Of a stretch of 64,000 nucleotides of DNA, positions 39,701 to 50,800 are shown one piece after another. The stretch's first letter is position 1. Each line of letters begins with the position of its first letter. The notes under the pieces were generated by a model. That model saw only the letters and a list, made by a program, of their open reading frames with translations. It had not been told where the DNA came from and made no database searches. Position numbers and translations under genes: made by a program. The stretch spans positions 36,084-100,083 of the forward strand of contig JBHLMG010000008.1 in the NCBI GenBank assembly GCA_048938385.1, given 5' to 3'. This DNA comes from Promethearchaeota archaeon (GTDB taxonomy: Archaea > Asgardarchaeota > Hermodarchaeia > Hermodarchaeales > Hermodarchaeaceae).

Positions 39701-39753
39701 ATATCCTGTGTTCCTCGATTATTCGATAACATGCTTGTGCACCCAGGGTTCAT
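36724..39753 (-). CDS. Cytoplasmic multi-PAS (six) sensor histidine kinase
   Basis: Six PAS/PAC repeats; H-box LMAHDLNNINQ; NLLHNAVK, DNGPGI, GSGIGL. Confidence 0.95.
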   Translation of the reverse strand: MNPGCTSMLSNNRGTQDIDGEEEYQRFRAFFENAPLYCYIVSPKGIILDVNKTALKVLGYNRVELIGKHIRMIYAPEYEDRVREVFQAWKTHGTVINEELLILSKTGEKRTVLLNASAVTDAAGNLLHSISIQQDITELKEIETALKGSKAAFQQAVEEKTIILDSISEHVVYQDLNNQIIWANKVAAESIDKTVEEITGNFCYALWGQRDTPCVGCPVVKARETNEIQENEITTPDGRVWTVRGYPLKDEEGVLTGIVEVTYEITAQKRAEEAYHQLVDQSIQGLFILQKGKVVFTNPAFVELSGYSEEEILDWKPWQVFDFIHHEDRYRPLEQLRALVEGESGSSSIEIRGIQKNGNIRWFELSLAVIEYQGQLVTQATLMDIHDRKIAEDAIRRERDRAQQYLDIAEILFLAVNAGGIITLVNKKTLEVFGYSEEEMIGQNYFDLCIPERIRNRMKQNYEAVLKGEIKQKPFVENPILTKSGAERLISWHTAILYNEEEKRIGFLTAGNDITEYKTAEEALKASEEKFRSILENTADWVWEIDSEGRITYSNNSVEDIMGITAGQVIGRTLWEYMNPEEVEQSKQFLRERTAQRRPFKNLVNRFFHRDGGTVILEANGRPILDQQNQVIGFRGVCRDITQRMHADKVLRESESRYRALVETSPDAITVTDPEGNIVLVNDRAVNLFGYSVHKELLGQNYFDYVILEQRKEAIENLRYTVELGAASPRQFTLLHKDNTTFPAEISASLLADVKGNPLGYILVTRNISKRKEAERELHEAKARAEFFTDLMAHDLNNINQAILSALELPLLHQAFPQELRAQIQVALDQVERSSALIGRVKKFSQIGASKPLLEVRDLEPDFRSAYKSVKQAFPNKTIRINTNIHPDEFQVLADELLIDLFYNLLHNAVKFDKSEKVELEVKVRNDANKRFLRIEVIDNGPGIPEALKELIFARYTHRIDERTQGSGIGLTLVQQIVARYGGKIWVENRVKEDYTKGAKFVFLLPLWA

Positions 39754-40039
39754 GGAATAGGAATATCAGCTTCGTTGTGAAGCGAAGAAAAGCTCTTATC
39801 ATCTCGTCTTTCAGGATCCCCGCAGCCTATTGACTTCACAAGCCATTTGACGGATTACACTACATATCTGTTTCGGGTTTTTCGAAAAAGAACTCAAAAT
39901 GCTAAGCGAATCACATCTATCTCCCAAATTATTTAACACGGAGATTTGTGCTCCTGATTCAAGAGAAGAGGTGTCTCTCTAACCAAGCCATGAGATCCTG
40001 AAACTTTTTTGGGAATCAAACTACTGAATTGGTTTTAGC

Positions 40040-40276
40040 TTAAAAGGGTGTATTGGTGGAGGTACCCACATAATCCCTGTGTTCGGTGCCTCTCTCGTTT
40101 TTCTTCTTCCACCAACAGGTGCGGTGTGCAAAGTACCGGATTCCTAAGATAGCGGAAAAATGTAGAATGAGAACTGAAACCGGATTGATATACATCCACC
40201 ATAACAAGGCACTAATACCCATGGCAGTAGTGAACAAAGCGATTGCAATGTAATCTGCCCTTTTCATCTCGATCAC
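40040..40276 (-). CDS. Small 2-TM membrane protein
   Basis: Two hydrophobic helices and a basic tail. Confidence 0.45.
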   Translation of the reverse strand: MIEMKRADYIAIALFTTAMGISALLWWMYINPVSVLILHFSAILGIRYFAHRTCWWKKKNERGTEHRDYVGTSTNTPF

Positions 40277-40488
40277 ATTGACACTATCGTGGACATTTTT
40301 CTTTTCTTGGTTGTAGATGCACTGTTTCTTTTAGATATTTAGTAACTTGTGTGACGGGAAATTTTAAATAACGCATATCAACACCGGAGTTCGTCCAGCC
40401 CTCAGTAACGGAAGTTCCTACTCTGAGGGGAGAAGATCGGCATACTTGAAAGGAGAATAAACGCGAGCACATCTTCTGGTGACATGCA

Positions 40489-42453
40489 TTGAGCAAAATT
40501 GAAATCACATCGACTGAATCACGGGTCTTCAATCCTCCGAAGACCTTTAGCAAACAGGCTTACATCAAGAATATGGAAGAGCTAGGTAACCTGTATCAAG
40601 AATCAATTGAGGATCCCCCAGCTTTCTGGGCAAAAGAGGCAGAACAACTCGAATGGTTCGAAAAATGGCCAGGCCCTGTTCACACTTGGGATCCTGCTGA
40701 AGCGTATCACACCTGGTTTAAGGGTGGTAAGCTGAATGCTTGTTACAACTGCCTAGACAGACATGTGAAGAATGAGAATAAAGACAAAATCGCGCTTATC
40801 TGGGAAGGAGACGATCCTAATCAAGATAAGACCTTTACCTTCCAACAGCTCTTTGTCGAGGTTAATAAGTTTGCCAATGTTCTCAAGAAATTAGGCTATA
40901 AAAAAGGCGACCGAGTCGCCATTTATTTGCCCATGATCCCAGAACTTGCCATTGCCATGCTTGCTTGTACCCGACTTGGCATTATTCACAGCATTGTGTT
41001 TGGTGGATTTAGTGCTGACAGCCTGAAAGATCGCATTCTCGATGCCGACTGTACAGGTCTCATCACTAGTGATGGAAGCTTCCGTGGAGGTAAATCTATC
41101 CCCTTAAAAAGCAATGCCGATACCGCATTGAAAAGTTGCCCCAATGTTAAACACTGTGTCGTAGTCAAGCGTACAGGCATCGATATTGGCATGAAAAATA
41201 AACGAGACCTCTGGTGGCATGAACTTATGGAGGACCCTGCAGTCCAAGGGAACTGTCTTCCAGAACCTATGGACGCCGAGGATCCTCTCTTTATCCTTTA
41301 CACTAGTGGTTCTACAGGTAAACCCAAGGGAGTCCTTCACACCACGGGTGGATACCTAACATATGTTTTGACCAGCTTCAAGTACATTTTCGACTACCAA
41401 CCCACTGACATATACTGGTGTACCGCGGACATTGGCTGGATCACAGGGCATAGCTACATCGTCTATGGTCCCCTAGCCGCAGGTGCCACTACTGTAATGT
41501 TCGAAGGTACTCCCACACATCCGGATCCAGATCGGTTCTGGGCTATTGTTGAAAAATGGAAAATCAACCAGTTCTATACGGCTCCCACTGCAATTCGTGC
41601 TATCATGCGTTACGGTGATGAATGGGTTAACAAACATGACTTAAGCTCTCTCAAACTCTTAGGTACAGTTGGTGAACCTATCAACCCTGAAGCCTGGATG
41701 TGGTATCACCAAATCGTTGGTAAAGGTAAAGTTCCCATCGTTGACACCTACTGGCAAACCGAAACAGGCGGCGTGGTCATTACTCCTATTCCTGGTGCTG
41801 TCCCTTTGAAACCAGGCTCTGCAACTCTTCCCTTTCTGGGTATTGAAGCCATGATCGTAGATGAATCGGGACAAGAGGTAGGGGTCAACGAAGGTGGCTA
41901 CCTCGTCATTAAGAAACCCTGGCCAGGTCTGATGCGAACGGTATATGGTGACCATCAACGCTTCATTGACACTTACTTCAAGACTTTTCCACCCTACTAC
42001 ATGACCGGTGATGGGGCACGCAAAGACCAAGATGGTTACTTCTGGGTTGTTGGACGCATCGATGATGTGGTCAATGTCAGCGGACACCGTATGGGTACTG
42101 CTGAAATCGAATCGGCCCTCGTTACTCACAAATCTGTTTCTGAAGCCGCTGTCGTAGGCTTCCCTCACGACATTAAAGGTCAAGCTCTATACTGCTTCGT
42201 CACCCTCAAACTGGGTTATGAGAAAACCGAAGATCTTCGCGCAGAACTCCGTCAACACGTCCGTAATGAAATCGGACCTATCGCTACACCTGATAAAATT
42301 CAATTCGCAGATGCCCTTCCCAAAACTCGGAGTGGTAAAATCATGCGACGGATCCTCAAGAAAATCGCTGCGGGCGATACTAAGGATCTGGGCGACACTA
42401 CGACATTAGCTGATCCATCGATTGTCCAGAAACTTATCAAAGAACGCGTATAG
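40489..42453 (+). CDS. acs: Acetyl-CoA synthetase (AMP-forming)
   Basis: [57 protein letters not shown]. Confidence 0.97.
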   Translation: MSKIEITSTESRVFNPPKTFSKQAYIKNMEELGNLYQESIEDPPAFWAKEAEQLEWFEKWPGPVHTWDPAEAYHTWFKGGKLNACYNCLDRHVKNENKDKIALIWEGDDPNQDKTFTFQQLFVEVNKFANVLKKLGYKKGDRVAIYLPMIPELAIAMLACTRLGIIHSIVFGGFSADSLKDRILDADCTGLITSDGSFRGGKSIPLKSNADTALKSCPNVKHCVVVKRTGIDIGMKNKRDLWWHELMEDPAVQGNCLPEPMDAEDPLFILYTSGSTGKPKGVLHTTGGYLTYVLTSFKYIFDYQPTDIYWCTADIGWITGHSYIVYGPLAAGATTVMFEGTPTHPDPDRFWAIVEKWKINQFYTAPTAIRAIMRYGDEWVNKHDLSSLKLLGTVGEPINPEAWMWYHQIVGKGKVPIVDTYWQTETGGVVITPIPGAVPLKPGSATLPFLGIEAMIVDESGQEVGVNEGGYLVIKKPWPGLMRTVYGDHQRFIDTYFKTFPPYYMTGDGARKDQDGYFWVVGRIDDVVNVSGHRMGTAEIESALVTHKSVSEAAVVGFPHDIKGQALYCFVTLKLGYEKTEDLRAELRQHVRNEIGPIATPDKIQFADALPKTRSGKIMRRILKKIAAGDTKDLGDTTTLADPSIVQKLIKERV

Positions 42454-42460
42454 AACCAAC

Positions 42461-42501
42461 GAGGTGGGAGGCAATACAATCTCCCATTTCTTTTCTTTTT
42501 T
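42461..42501 (+). terminator. Hairpin plus T-tract after acs
   Basis: GAGGTGGGAG...CTCCCATTTC followed by TTTTCTTTTTT. Confidence 0.6.
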
Positions 42502-42655
42502 AGCCGATACAAATAGAGCCTTTTACTCCGTTTGCCGCTTCCTAAGAGGTTATAACATACACTCTTGGAAGGTTAGGCATCCAACCTGTTTTGGTGGATA
42601 TGTTTTGGAATACTTTTCCTGGATGAACTCTAAGTTTGCTTTATTGCGCGGCTAG

Positions 42656-44359
42656 GTGCTGATATTGACAATTGAGGAGACAAACCCCGCAAGGGAATCT
42701 GAACCCTCTGGTGCTTTTTTATTCAATGCGTTGATGAGTCAGCCCGTCATCTGGCTTTTATCAATGAATGGCTGGGGTAAGAAGAAAACAAGTTTCGTAA
42801 AATCCAGTGCGCTGTTCATTGGGGCTGTTAGCCTCATATGGTTCCTTTTTCGAACAGGAATCAAACCCACACGCGTTGTCTATCCTTGTCAGCGTGCTGC
42901 TGTGAGTAACATGTCGGTGTCAGCGCAAACACTGCTTCCCTCTGCAATAACCTCTCTATTTATTGGCCTTCCTTGGTGGTTAAAGATATCAGCTGCAAAA
43001 ATCAAGACAGGATTGAAACGGTATTGGAAACCCATTGTTGCGCTTCTCGTAATCGTACCTACAGCAGGATTTGGAATCGCTTTCCTCTGGAATAGTCTAC
43101 AACCACCTTCATATCCTGATGATGTAAACCTCGTATTAACTCCACAAACAGCGACCTCCTATCCTGCTTCCAATATCTTCGTCCTTAAAGGTCGCCCTTT
43201 CGCTCATATTGCCAATCTCATCGACCTCATGGGATCGAATGGGCTTGACTTTTACCTGTCAGGTTCTTCGGACACTAACCAAGGACCTTCAGGTCTTATT
43301 GGCAGCACCGATGTGGTCCTCATCAAAATCAACAGTCAATGGGATGAAAGGGGCGGAACAAATACGGATTTGCTTCGTGAACTGATCCAATCAATTCTCG
43401 ATCATCCTGATGGATTCAATGGCGAAATTGTAATCGCAGATAATGGACAAGGATTCGGGAGTTTGAATTGGGAAGAAAACAATGCAGAAGATGAAAGTCA
43501 ATCAGTGCGTGATGTTGTTAGGAGCTTTTCAACGCTGCATCCAGTTAATATGTTCGATTGGCAATCCATCCGCGGAATTGAAGTCGATGAATATTCCGAT
43601 GGTGACATGAACGACGGATACATCCTCTATGACCTCCCCGACGCCGATACAGGCATCTATGTATCATATCCAAAATTCCAAACTAGAGACGGGACTTACA
43701 TCAGCTTCAAGTACGGTATTTGGAATGGTAACTCCTACGAAAACCGGCTCAAAGTGATTAACCTTCCCATTCTCAAATCCCATCTCAATTACGGTGTTAC
43801 AGCTGCCACAAAACATTACATGGGAGTTCAATCCGAAGGTTCTGCTAACCCTGGCGGGTTAGCTAATGGTCACATGAGCATTGCCACAGGCGGTATGGGA
43901 ACCCTTATGGCAGAAGCACGATTCCCGGTACTTAATATCCTAGATGCGATCTGGGTAAACGCTAACCCCTGGCCTTCCTTCCAATGCGGGCCTTCTACCA
44001 ACTACGAAGAAGCAACACGGGTTAATGTCCTTATGGCCAGTACTGATCCAGTCGCCTTAGATTATTGGGCAGCTAAACATGTCCTTATGCAAACAGCCAG
44101 CCTTGTTGGTTATGAAGATACCTATACTATTGATCCTGATAGCACCCTACCAAGTGGGCTAACCGAAGCCTTTGGAATCTGGTTACCTCTCACAGAAGCA
44201 GAACTTATCCAATATGGATACACAGTCACCACTAATGAAGCCCGAATGAATGTCTATATCACTCAACCCCTTCTCATCACCCAAGACTATCCTGCCTTTT
44301 CGTTAACAGATGGGCAACAAGTTATGGCTATAGTAAATTCAGTGAAACCACCTGGCTAG
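42656..44359 (+). CDS. Membrane-anchored DUF362 domain protein (probable start about 42764)
   Basis: WFLFRTGIKPTR..YPCQRAA, VLIKINSQW, LPILKSH..YGVTAATKHYMG, STDPVALDYWA. Confidence 0.8.
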   Translation: MLILTIEETNPARESEPSGAFLFNALMSQPVIWLLSMNGWGKKKTSFVKSSALFIGAVSLIWFLFRTGIKPTRVVYPCQRAAVSNMSVSAQTLLPSAITSLFIGLPWWLKISAAKIKTGLKRYWKPIVALLVIVPTAGFGIAFLWNSLQPPSYPDDVNLVLTPQTATSYPASNIFVLKGRPFAHIANLIDLMGSNGLDFYLSGSSDTNQGPSGLIGSTDVVLIKINSQWDERGGTNTDLLRELIQSILDHPDGFNGEIVIADNGQGFGSLNWEENNAEDESQSVRDVVRSFSTLHPVNMFDWQSIRGIEVDEYSDGDMNDGYILYDLPDADTGIYVSYPKFQTRDGTYISFKYGIWNGNSYENRLKVINLPILKSHLNYGVTAATKHYMGVQSEGSANPGGLANGHMSIATGGMGTLMAEARFPVLNILDAIWVNANPWPSFQCGPSTNYEEATRVNVLMASTDPVALDYWAAKHVLMQTASLVGYEDTYTIDPDSTLPSGLTEAFGIWLPLTEAELIQYGYTVTTNEARMNVYITQPLLITQDYPAFSLTDGQQVMAIVNSVKPPG

Positions 44360-44635
44360 CAACATCTAACCCTCAAGCTGCAAGGAACAATTATTTTCAT
44401 GAACTCGAGTAAACGATCTATTCTGTAGGTTCACATTGCGTATCTACTAGACCTTATGTATAACGGCGTCCACATCGTTTTTGGAGGTGTTTAGTGGATA
44501 GTGTCCCTCTGGGCATTTCCTTGTATACACGAAATGAATTGCGGATATTAGATTAGATAGTTGATAAGGCAAATACAGGAAAATCTGGCTCTGAAGCGAC
44601 AAGACTGGTTCGACTACATCGTTAAAGTTTGGGGA

Positions 44636-45136
44636 TTATTCAATTGCAGCTCCGCATTCAGCACAAAACTCTTCTTTTGAACTTAGATGTTTTTTACAGA
44701 CTGGGCACACAGTGGGTCTAGGAGATGTTGAATCCGGCGTTGAGGGAATTTGAGTAGGAATTCGTTTCCACTTTCGTGCTACGATATAAGAAATGACAAA
44801 TATTACAATTACTCCGAAAAGAATTCCACCCACGACTGGTAATGCTAGAGATGGTACGAATAGGTGTGGTAAGAAAAAATATAACGCTCCAAAAACCACG
44901 GCAATGATTAGTATATATACTTGGATTAACATTGCACACAAATTCAATGACAGAAAAAATGTACTTTGCTCTGCTTTAGGTTTCTGCTCCTGTCTTTTTC
45001 CATAATAATAGGAAGCCAGAAAGCAGACACCTATACATCCAAAGATTACCACAAGGATGGCAATCCCAGCAAAAAGAGAATACCAACCAGAATCTATTCC
45101 TTGTAATAGAAGCAGCTGACTTTTTATCAATACCAA
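44636..45136 (-). CDS. Membrane protein with a C-terminal Zn ribbon
   Basis: Three TM segments, Pro/Ser linker, CPVC...FCAECG. Confidence 0.75.
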   Translation of the reverse strand: MVLIKSQLLLLQGIDSGWYSLFAGIAILVVIFGCIGVCFLASYYYGKRQEQKPKAEQSTFFLSLNLCAMLIQVYILIIAVVFGALYFFLPHLFVPSLALPVVGGILFGVIVIFVISYIVARKWKRIPTQIPSTPDSTSPRPTVCPVCKKHLSSKEEFCAECGAAIE

Positions 45137-45436
45137 AATCCCTCAGTGTACCAATCAAAAGAGCAATCAACTCTTAAATTGCTTCCTTTGGTTTACAAAT
45201 TTAAATTTGAACCTACAAATCCTAGAGACAAAATGTATGGGATATATAAAGAGTTAATGCCTTATTGATAAACTGAGGGATGGAATCAATCATACAACGA
45301 AACCAAGAAAATGAATAAGAGGAATACTTCAACAAAAAACCGCTGATATTAACGAGGTTTGATTGTTCCTAGCTCCCCTCATCTCGGAAAAAACCCGGTA
45401 ATGGCCGTCTTCATGGTGGGTAATGAGTTCTGATTC

Positions 45437-47827
45437 GTGGAGGGAAATAGATCAATGGATAAGGCCAAACGGAATCAGTTGGCATGGATGCTTGTACTTG
45501 GGCTTCTTGTGTTTTTCTTTTTGAACTTAGGTCCAACTAATTTACCAACTGTTCGTGCTGCATCTCATTTCTATAGTGAAGATTTCACCTCAATCAATTA
45601 CCAAGATGATGTGATGACGAATGCTTCAGGTTGGGGGTTTGGCAGCCTACAACTCCCATATAAACATCCCAAACTACTTGGCATCCAGGATACTCCAGGT
45701 TGGGCATTTCAACTTAGCCTGCAAGGACAACTGGCACTCGTTGCAGATGGTGATGCAGGGATTCATATCTACGATGTTCAGAATCCAGCATTCCCTGTGT
45801 TTGTCAGTACATATGATACTCCGGGTTATGCCCGTGATGTGAAAGTACAGGGAAATGTTGCCTATGTCGCTGATGGACCATCGGGTTTATTGGCGATAAA
45901 TATCGCGAATCCCAGTGCTCTCTCGTTGCGTGATGTTTTTAACACAAATGGTTGGGCTTGGGCTGTTGCAATTCAGAGCAATATAGCCGTTGTCGCTGAT
46001 GGTAACGCTGGAATAAGTGTAGTGAATATTACCAATCCAGATAACTTGAACAGATACGATGAGGCCCTTGGGAGCGGTATCTCCTTGGATGTGTTCATTG
46101 ATGGAACCTTTGCATATGTAGCAGATGGAGACCAAGGGCTAAGAGTGGTAGATATTTCAAATCCGGAGAATGTGATTGAAAAAGGTCAATACATATCCTC
46201 AGACATCGTTGAAGGGATCTTCGTTGAAGGTAACTATGGATACCTAGCGGTCGCGGAAGCTGGTTTAGAAATAATCGATGTTTCTAATCCCGATGTTCTG
46301 CAATTCGTCGGTTCCTATAATACTCCTGGCTGGGCGCATGATGTCGTGGTTAGTGGTGATTTTGCTTATGTGGCTGATGATTCGAGAGGATTGACAGTCG
46401 TTGATGTATCAAATAAAGCAGATCCAACCTATGGTCCATTTTCTCAGATACCTGACAAAGCCTGTGGAGTCACTCTCAGCGCATTGACTTGTTATATTGC
46501 AGATGAAAAGGGAGGCTTTCTTGCCTTTGACATTGAGGATCTCATCACCTACAGTTACCCTGCCATTGGTCAATCGCGCAATGTCTTTTTTGGCTTGACA
46601 ACGAGACGATTTACGACCGCCTATCTAACCGCAACGACCTCCATTCCAGCTCAAACCCAAGTGACCTTCCAAATTTCTGCAGATGGGGGTCTACATTGGG
46701 AAACCATCATCCCCGATACCTTACACTCCATTGCCTACACAGGGAATAGTCTGAAATGGAGAGTAATTTTCCAAACCACTGATAACACCACGACCCCCGA
46801 ACTCTTCAGTTTATCAATCGCCTACGATTCTGTGTTAGTTTACCCTGATACGATATATCCTGATGATAATGAACTAATTTGGTCCCCGTCTGTACCTCTA
46901 TACTGGGAACCGGTTGAGGGCGCACAATATTACATCGTTCAAATTGATAATACAACGAGTTTCAATTCGCCCTTCTTGGTAAACATTTCCACTACCCTTA
47001 CGAACTATTGGTATGGTTGGCAGGGTGAAGGTATATGGTATTGGCGTGTTGCGACTGTGGATAACACAAACGCTCGTGGCTTCTTCTCGCCTACGATAGG
47101 TTTTCGACACGATGTCTATCCCCCTAGAGCACCAACTATTATATCTCCTGAAATTGACTTGGTCACAAACGAAACTCCCACCTTTAGTTGGATTGCTGTA
47201 CCGGAAGCCGAAACCTACATTCTAGAATTTAGTAGCTATGTTATATCCTTCGGTCACCCAAACTTTACCTTTAGTGGAATTCAAGAAACTAGCTATACAC
47301 CTGATTGGAATTTTTCCATCGTGGCAGAATATGGATACTGGGACTGGCGAGTTAGCGGAGTTGATGAATACTATCGTAAAGGTGACCCCTCTTATGGCTC
47401 ATTTTTGATTGACAAATGGCCTCCTTATATTGAGCTTCAAGGATGGTATCCACATAGAGAAATTTGTCAAGATGATGACTTTACTTTCACTCTCGTCGGT
47501 TGGGATGATTCTCGTTTTATTGAGTGGACAGTAAGTGATCCAATTACCTTTGAGCTCTCCGTTGAGGACACTGGTTGGGAAAGCGTTTGCACCATTACAA
47601 AGGTTAACCTACTCTCACCAGGAGATCATAATTTCACTGTCTTTGCTACTGATGAATTCGGGTACACCTCGACCTATTCATTCTTGGTAGAAGTGGGTCG
47701 CTGTATTCGTATTCCAGGTTTTCCCCCTGAGACAATCATTCTCGGTCTAGTTGCCGCCCTCTTACCTGTGATAGTTATCCGATATCGTCGACAAAAAGCT
47801 ACTAACCGAAAGATTCTGCACAGCTGA
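45437..47827 (+). CDS. LVIVD-repeat beta-propeller surface protein with Fn3/Ig-like domains and a PGF-type sorting signal
   Basis: Seven YVADG..GL.VVDVSNP-type repeats; WYWRV; IPGFP then TM then RYRRQK. Confidence 0.9.
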   Translation: MEGNRSMDKAKRNQLAWMLVLGLLVFFFLNLGPTNLPTVRAASHFYSEDFTSINYQDDVMTNASGWGFGSLQLPYKHPKLLGIQDTPGWAFQLSLQGQLALVADGDAGIHIYDVQNPAFPVFVSTYDTPGYARDVKVQGNVAYVADGPSGLLAINIANPSALSLRDVFNTNGWAWAVAIQSNIAVVADGNAGISVVNITNPDNLNRYDEALGSGISLDVFIDGTFAYVADGDQGLRVVDISNPENVIEKGQYISSDIVEGIFVEGNYGYLAVAEAGLEIIDVSNPDVLQFVGSYNTPGWAHDVVVSGDFAYVADDSRGLTVVDVSNKADPTYGPFSQIPDKACGVTLSALTCYIADEKGGFLAFDIEDLITYSYPAIGQSRNVFFGLTTRRFTTAYLTATTSIPAQTQVTFQISADGGLHWETIIPDTLHSIAYTGNSLKWRVIFQTTDNTTTPELFSLSIAYDSVLVYPDTIYPDDNELIWSPSVPLYWEPVEGAQYYIVQIDNTTSFNSPFLVNISTTLTNYWYGWQGEGIWYWRVATVDNTNARGFFSPTIGFRHDVYPPRAPTIISPEIDLVTNETPTFSWIAVPEAETYILEFSSYVISFGHPNFTFSGIQETSYTPDWNFSIVAEYGYWDWRVSGVDEYYRKGDPSYGSFLIDKWPPYIELQGWYPHREICQDDDFTFTLVGWDDSRFIEWTVSDPITFELSVEDTGWESVCTITKVNLLSPGDHNFTVFATDEFGYTSTYSFLVEVGRCIRIPGFPPETIILGLVAALLPVIVIRYRRQKATNRKILHS

Positions 47828-50800
47828 TTATGTTTGAAGCTTCTTGAGTTTGCGCCGTCTAGCGACCGTAAAAATGACGCTCACGGCGACGATTACGACA
47901 GCGAGTATGAGAATATAGATTAGAGTTGTGAACCCAAGTCTATCAGGTTGATGAGGATCACCAGTGGTGACGATAATTTCTCTATGGAGCTCAGGGCTCC
48001 AATTTCCTTGGTGGTCTAATGCTCGTACACGAATAGTGAAGGTGCCAGGTTCATGAATGTGAAATGTTATGCAGTAAAGATTGGTACCATCTATTGGCTG
48101 AGCTTGAATCCAGTCCCCATTGTTTATACACAGTTCAACCTTTTGAATCAAACCAGCATCTAACGCAAGTACTTCAACGGGGATAGTAGCAGGTATTGTA
48201 TAGGTTCTTTGTATAGCAGAATAAAATGTGATATGGGGTGGCTCTCGATCAGTCCATTCAAAGGCATACACATTTCCTCCTTCTGTAGTGATGACAATTT
48301 CCATCAAATAGTTACCATTGGTGTCCCCAACAGCTAGATCAGTAACGGATTGCGAGAAAGTCTGGGAGGCCCAAATTTGTGAAAAGGTTTGTCTCGTCGT
48401 GTTGTATAAAAAGACAAGTAGCTTGGTCCAAGTGCAGGCGATCATTTCAAGCATTCCATCGTTATTTGTATCAACGATTGCTACTCTAACTGCCTCTTGG
48501 AGCTCCGTGGACCACCAACCGACCGTTGGATGGTGAGAAACGAATAGATAATCAAAGCCATCGAGTGGTGTGGCAATATAACAGATGGCGATTCCGCCTG
48601 CTAGGCGTTTTGTTAGGGAAGTCATCGGGAAGGCTGTAAATGATGCTGGAACTTGAAGGGTTGTGGGTTCAGACCAGATCTTTTCCCCAAAGAACCAAAC
48701 TTGTCCTTTCAATTGGCTAAGTGAGTGGTATAAGACCATCATATAATTCTGCTCTAATCCAAGTAAAGATGGAGCAGTCTCATTCACATTAGAATGTGTA
48801 ATTAACACAGGGTTCTTCCAATTGTCAGTATGCCAAGTATCAGGTTGAGAAATGGAATAACACGACCAAATATCGGTGTCGGTTTTGCCTAAAGCTTTAT
48901 CCAGTCCTTCTATCACGAGAACCCATCTGTATTTGAGATTCTTTGAATCGAACACAGTCTCTAAATCGTGGTCAATTGCAGTGATTCCTTCAGTAGTCAA
49001 GATGGAAACTTCTACAGGAAGTGGAATTGTCTCTGGGTTTGACCAAATCCAGGTTGGACTAGACCAATAATTTCGAGTGTAATTAATTCCGAGGAGTGGA
49101 TCAATGTAAGTAAGAATGAATCGCTCGTTACTGTTTGGGCTCGGTGTAAGTTTTGGAGACAATACATTCGAATTTGGAATAAGATATTGGCAGTTGAGTG
49201 CATCAGTCCATGTTATCCCATCAGAGCTGTTACTTAGCCAGATCCCCTCGTAGCCATCTGAGGTTCTTCTTCCCCGAAACGCCAAATATAACATGTCGTT
49301 TGTTTCACTAATCGTTGGCTCTTCCAGAGTATCAAAACCTGTGGAAAATACCTGGGTTTCTCCTGACCAATGAATTCCATCCGAACTTGTACGAATACGA
49401 AGGCGCTGAGCCGCCACGCCACTTTTCACTTGATAAAGTACAACATAGCTGTGATCCGCCCGCTGTAAAATCTCCATGTCTTTGTAGCCTGTACTACTGA
49501 GTTTTCTGTCAATCCAGTCATGATTAGCTAAGTAGTTGAATGAGCCGCTAACCAGTTGAAAGAGCTCATAAGTGTCGTCGGGAATTGAGGTGTTCCAATG
49601 GTAGATCGAAATACCTTCATCATGACCTACTAAGAATTCCATTGAACCTGAAGCGAGTAAATCATAGACAATCACGGAGTGAGCAGGGTTTTCTTCGTAA
49701 TGTACGAGAGGTGGAGTCCAAACCAGGTCCAGGGTGTTGTTCGCTAAACTCTCACAGACGATAACGACTCCATCTGTCCCGTTTATCCCTACTACGACCA
49801 AATCTTTGCGAGTATCCCCATCCAATGTGCCCATAGCAAGGCTGTTAATCTTTTCAATCGAAGAGATTTCAGTAACCCAGGTTAATAGGTGTGTGTCATC
49901 TTTTGGAGCCTCATAAAAAAATAGTGAAGACCCAGATGCGAAGATAATCTCCGGGAATGTGTCGCCATCAAGGTCATTAACCACCGTAGTAAAGGATGTT
50001 TTGTTGGATCCAGGGAGGCAAAGAGTCTCTGTTAGTACATATTGTAAACTTCCTGATTCTTCGAAAATATACCCATAATTTGTACCCGTCGCAACAATAA
50101 TCTCTTGTAGACCATCAAGATCGGTGTCGCCTAACGCTAAAGCAGTTACATCATCCCACAATCGTCGAGTTCCTTCCCACCTTGTTAAATCGGGGCTCCT
50201 CCAAGCCCTTCGATATGTATTGTTGAACAAATTTTCAAAGACATAGATGTTTTGATCGAAGGAACCAACGATTACTTCGTTCATGCCATCTGAGTCCATA
50301 TCTCCAATCTTGACCGCCATTGTCCAATCCTCAAGTTCAGGAAATGTATCCCATGAGACATACCCGGCATAACCATAGAAGGCTGCTGGGTCTCGCCGAT
50401 CGATTTCTACCCAAGCGGTCCGTGGGTATGTTGCTACAATGAAACTATCATGGGCGATGACTGGGGCTTCGGGAGGGATTAAAGCGGTTGAATGAAAACC
50501 TTCCATATATCCGGTTTCGTTTCGTAAAACCATGGTGTAAAGGTCTTCGTACGCACTACCTAGAATCACGGGATCGTGGTATCCAGTAAAATCCCTACCT
50601 AGATATTCTGAATCGCGGATCCAGTCTGGTTCTGTGAAGGTTCCCTTTTGGACAAAATACATTACTTCACTTCGAGATTTGAAATTTCCAGCTTCACCAA
50701 ATATGCGATTAATACTAATGATGAGATCGTCGTCTCCATCTTTATCGAAATCGATGAAGCTGGAGCGTTCATAATTAGCGTTTGAGGTCAGGTGTTGATT

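Noticed and set aside
47825-47830. Convergent genes with abutting stop codons (zero gap)
   Set aside because: Common in compact archaeal genomes; nothing further supports a function.
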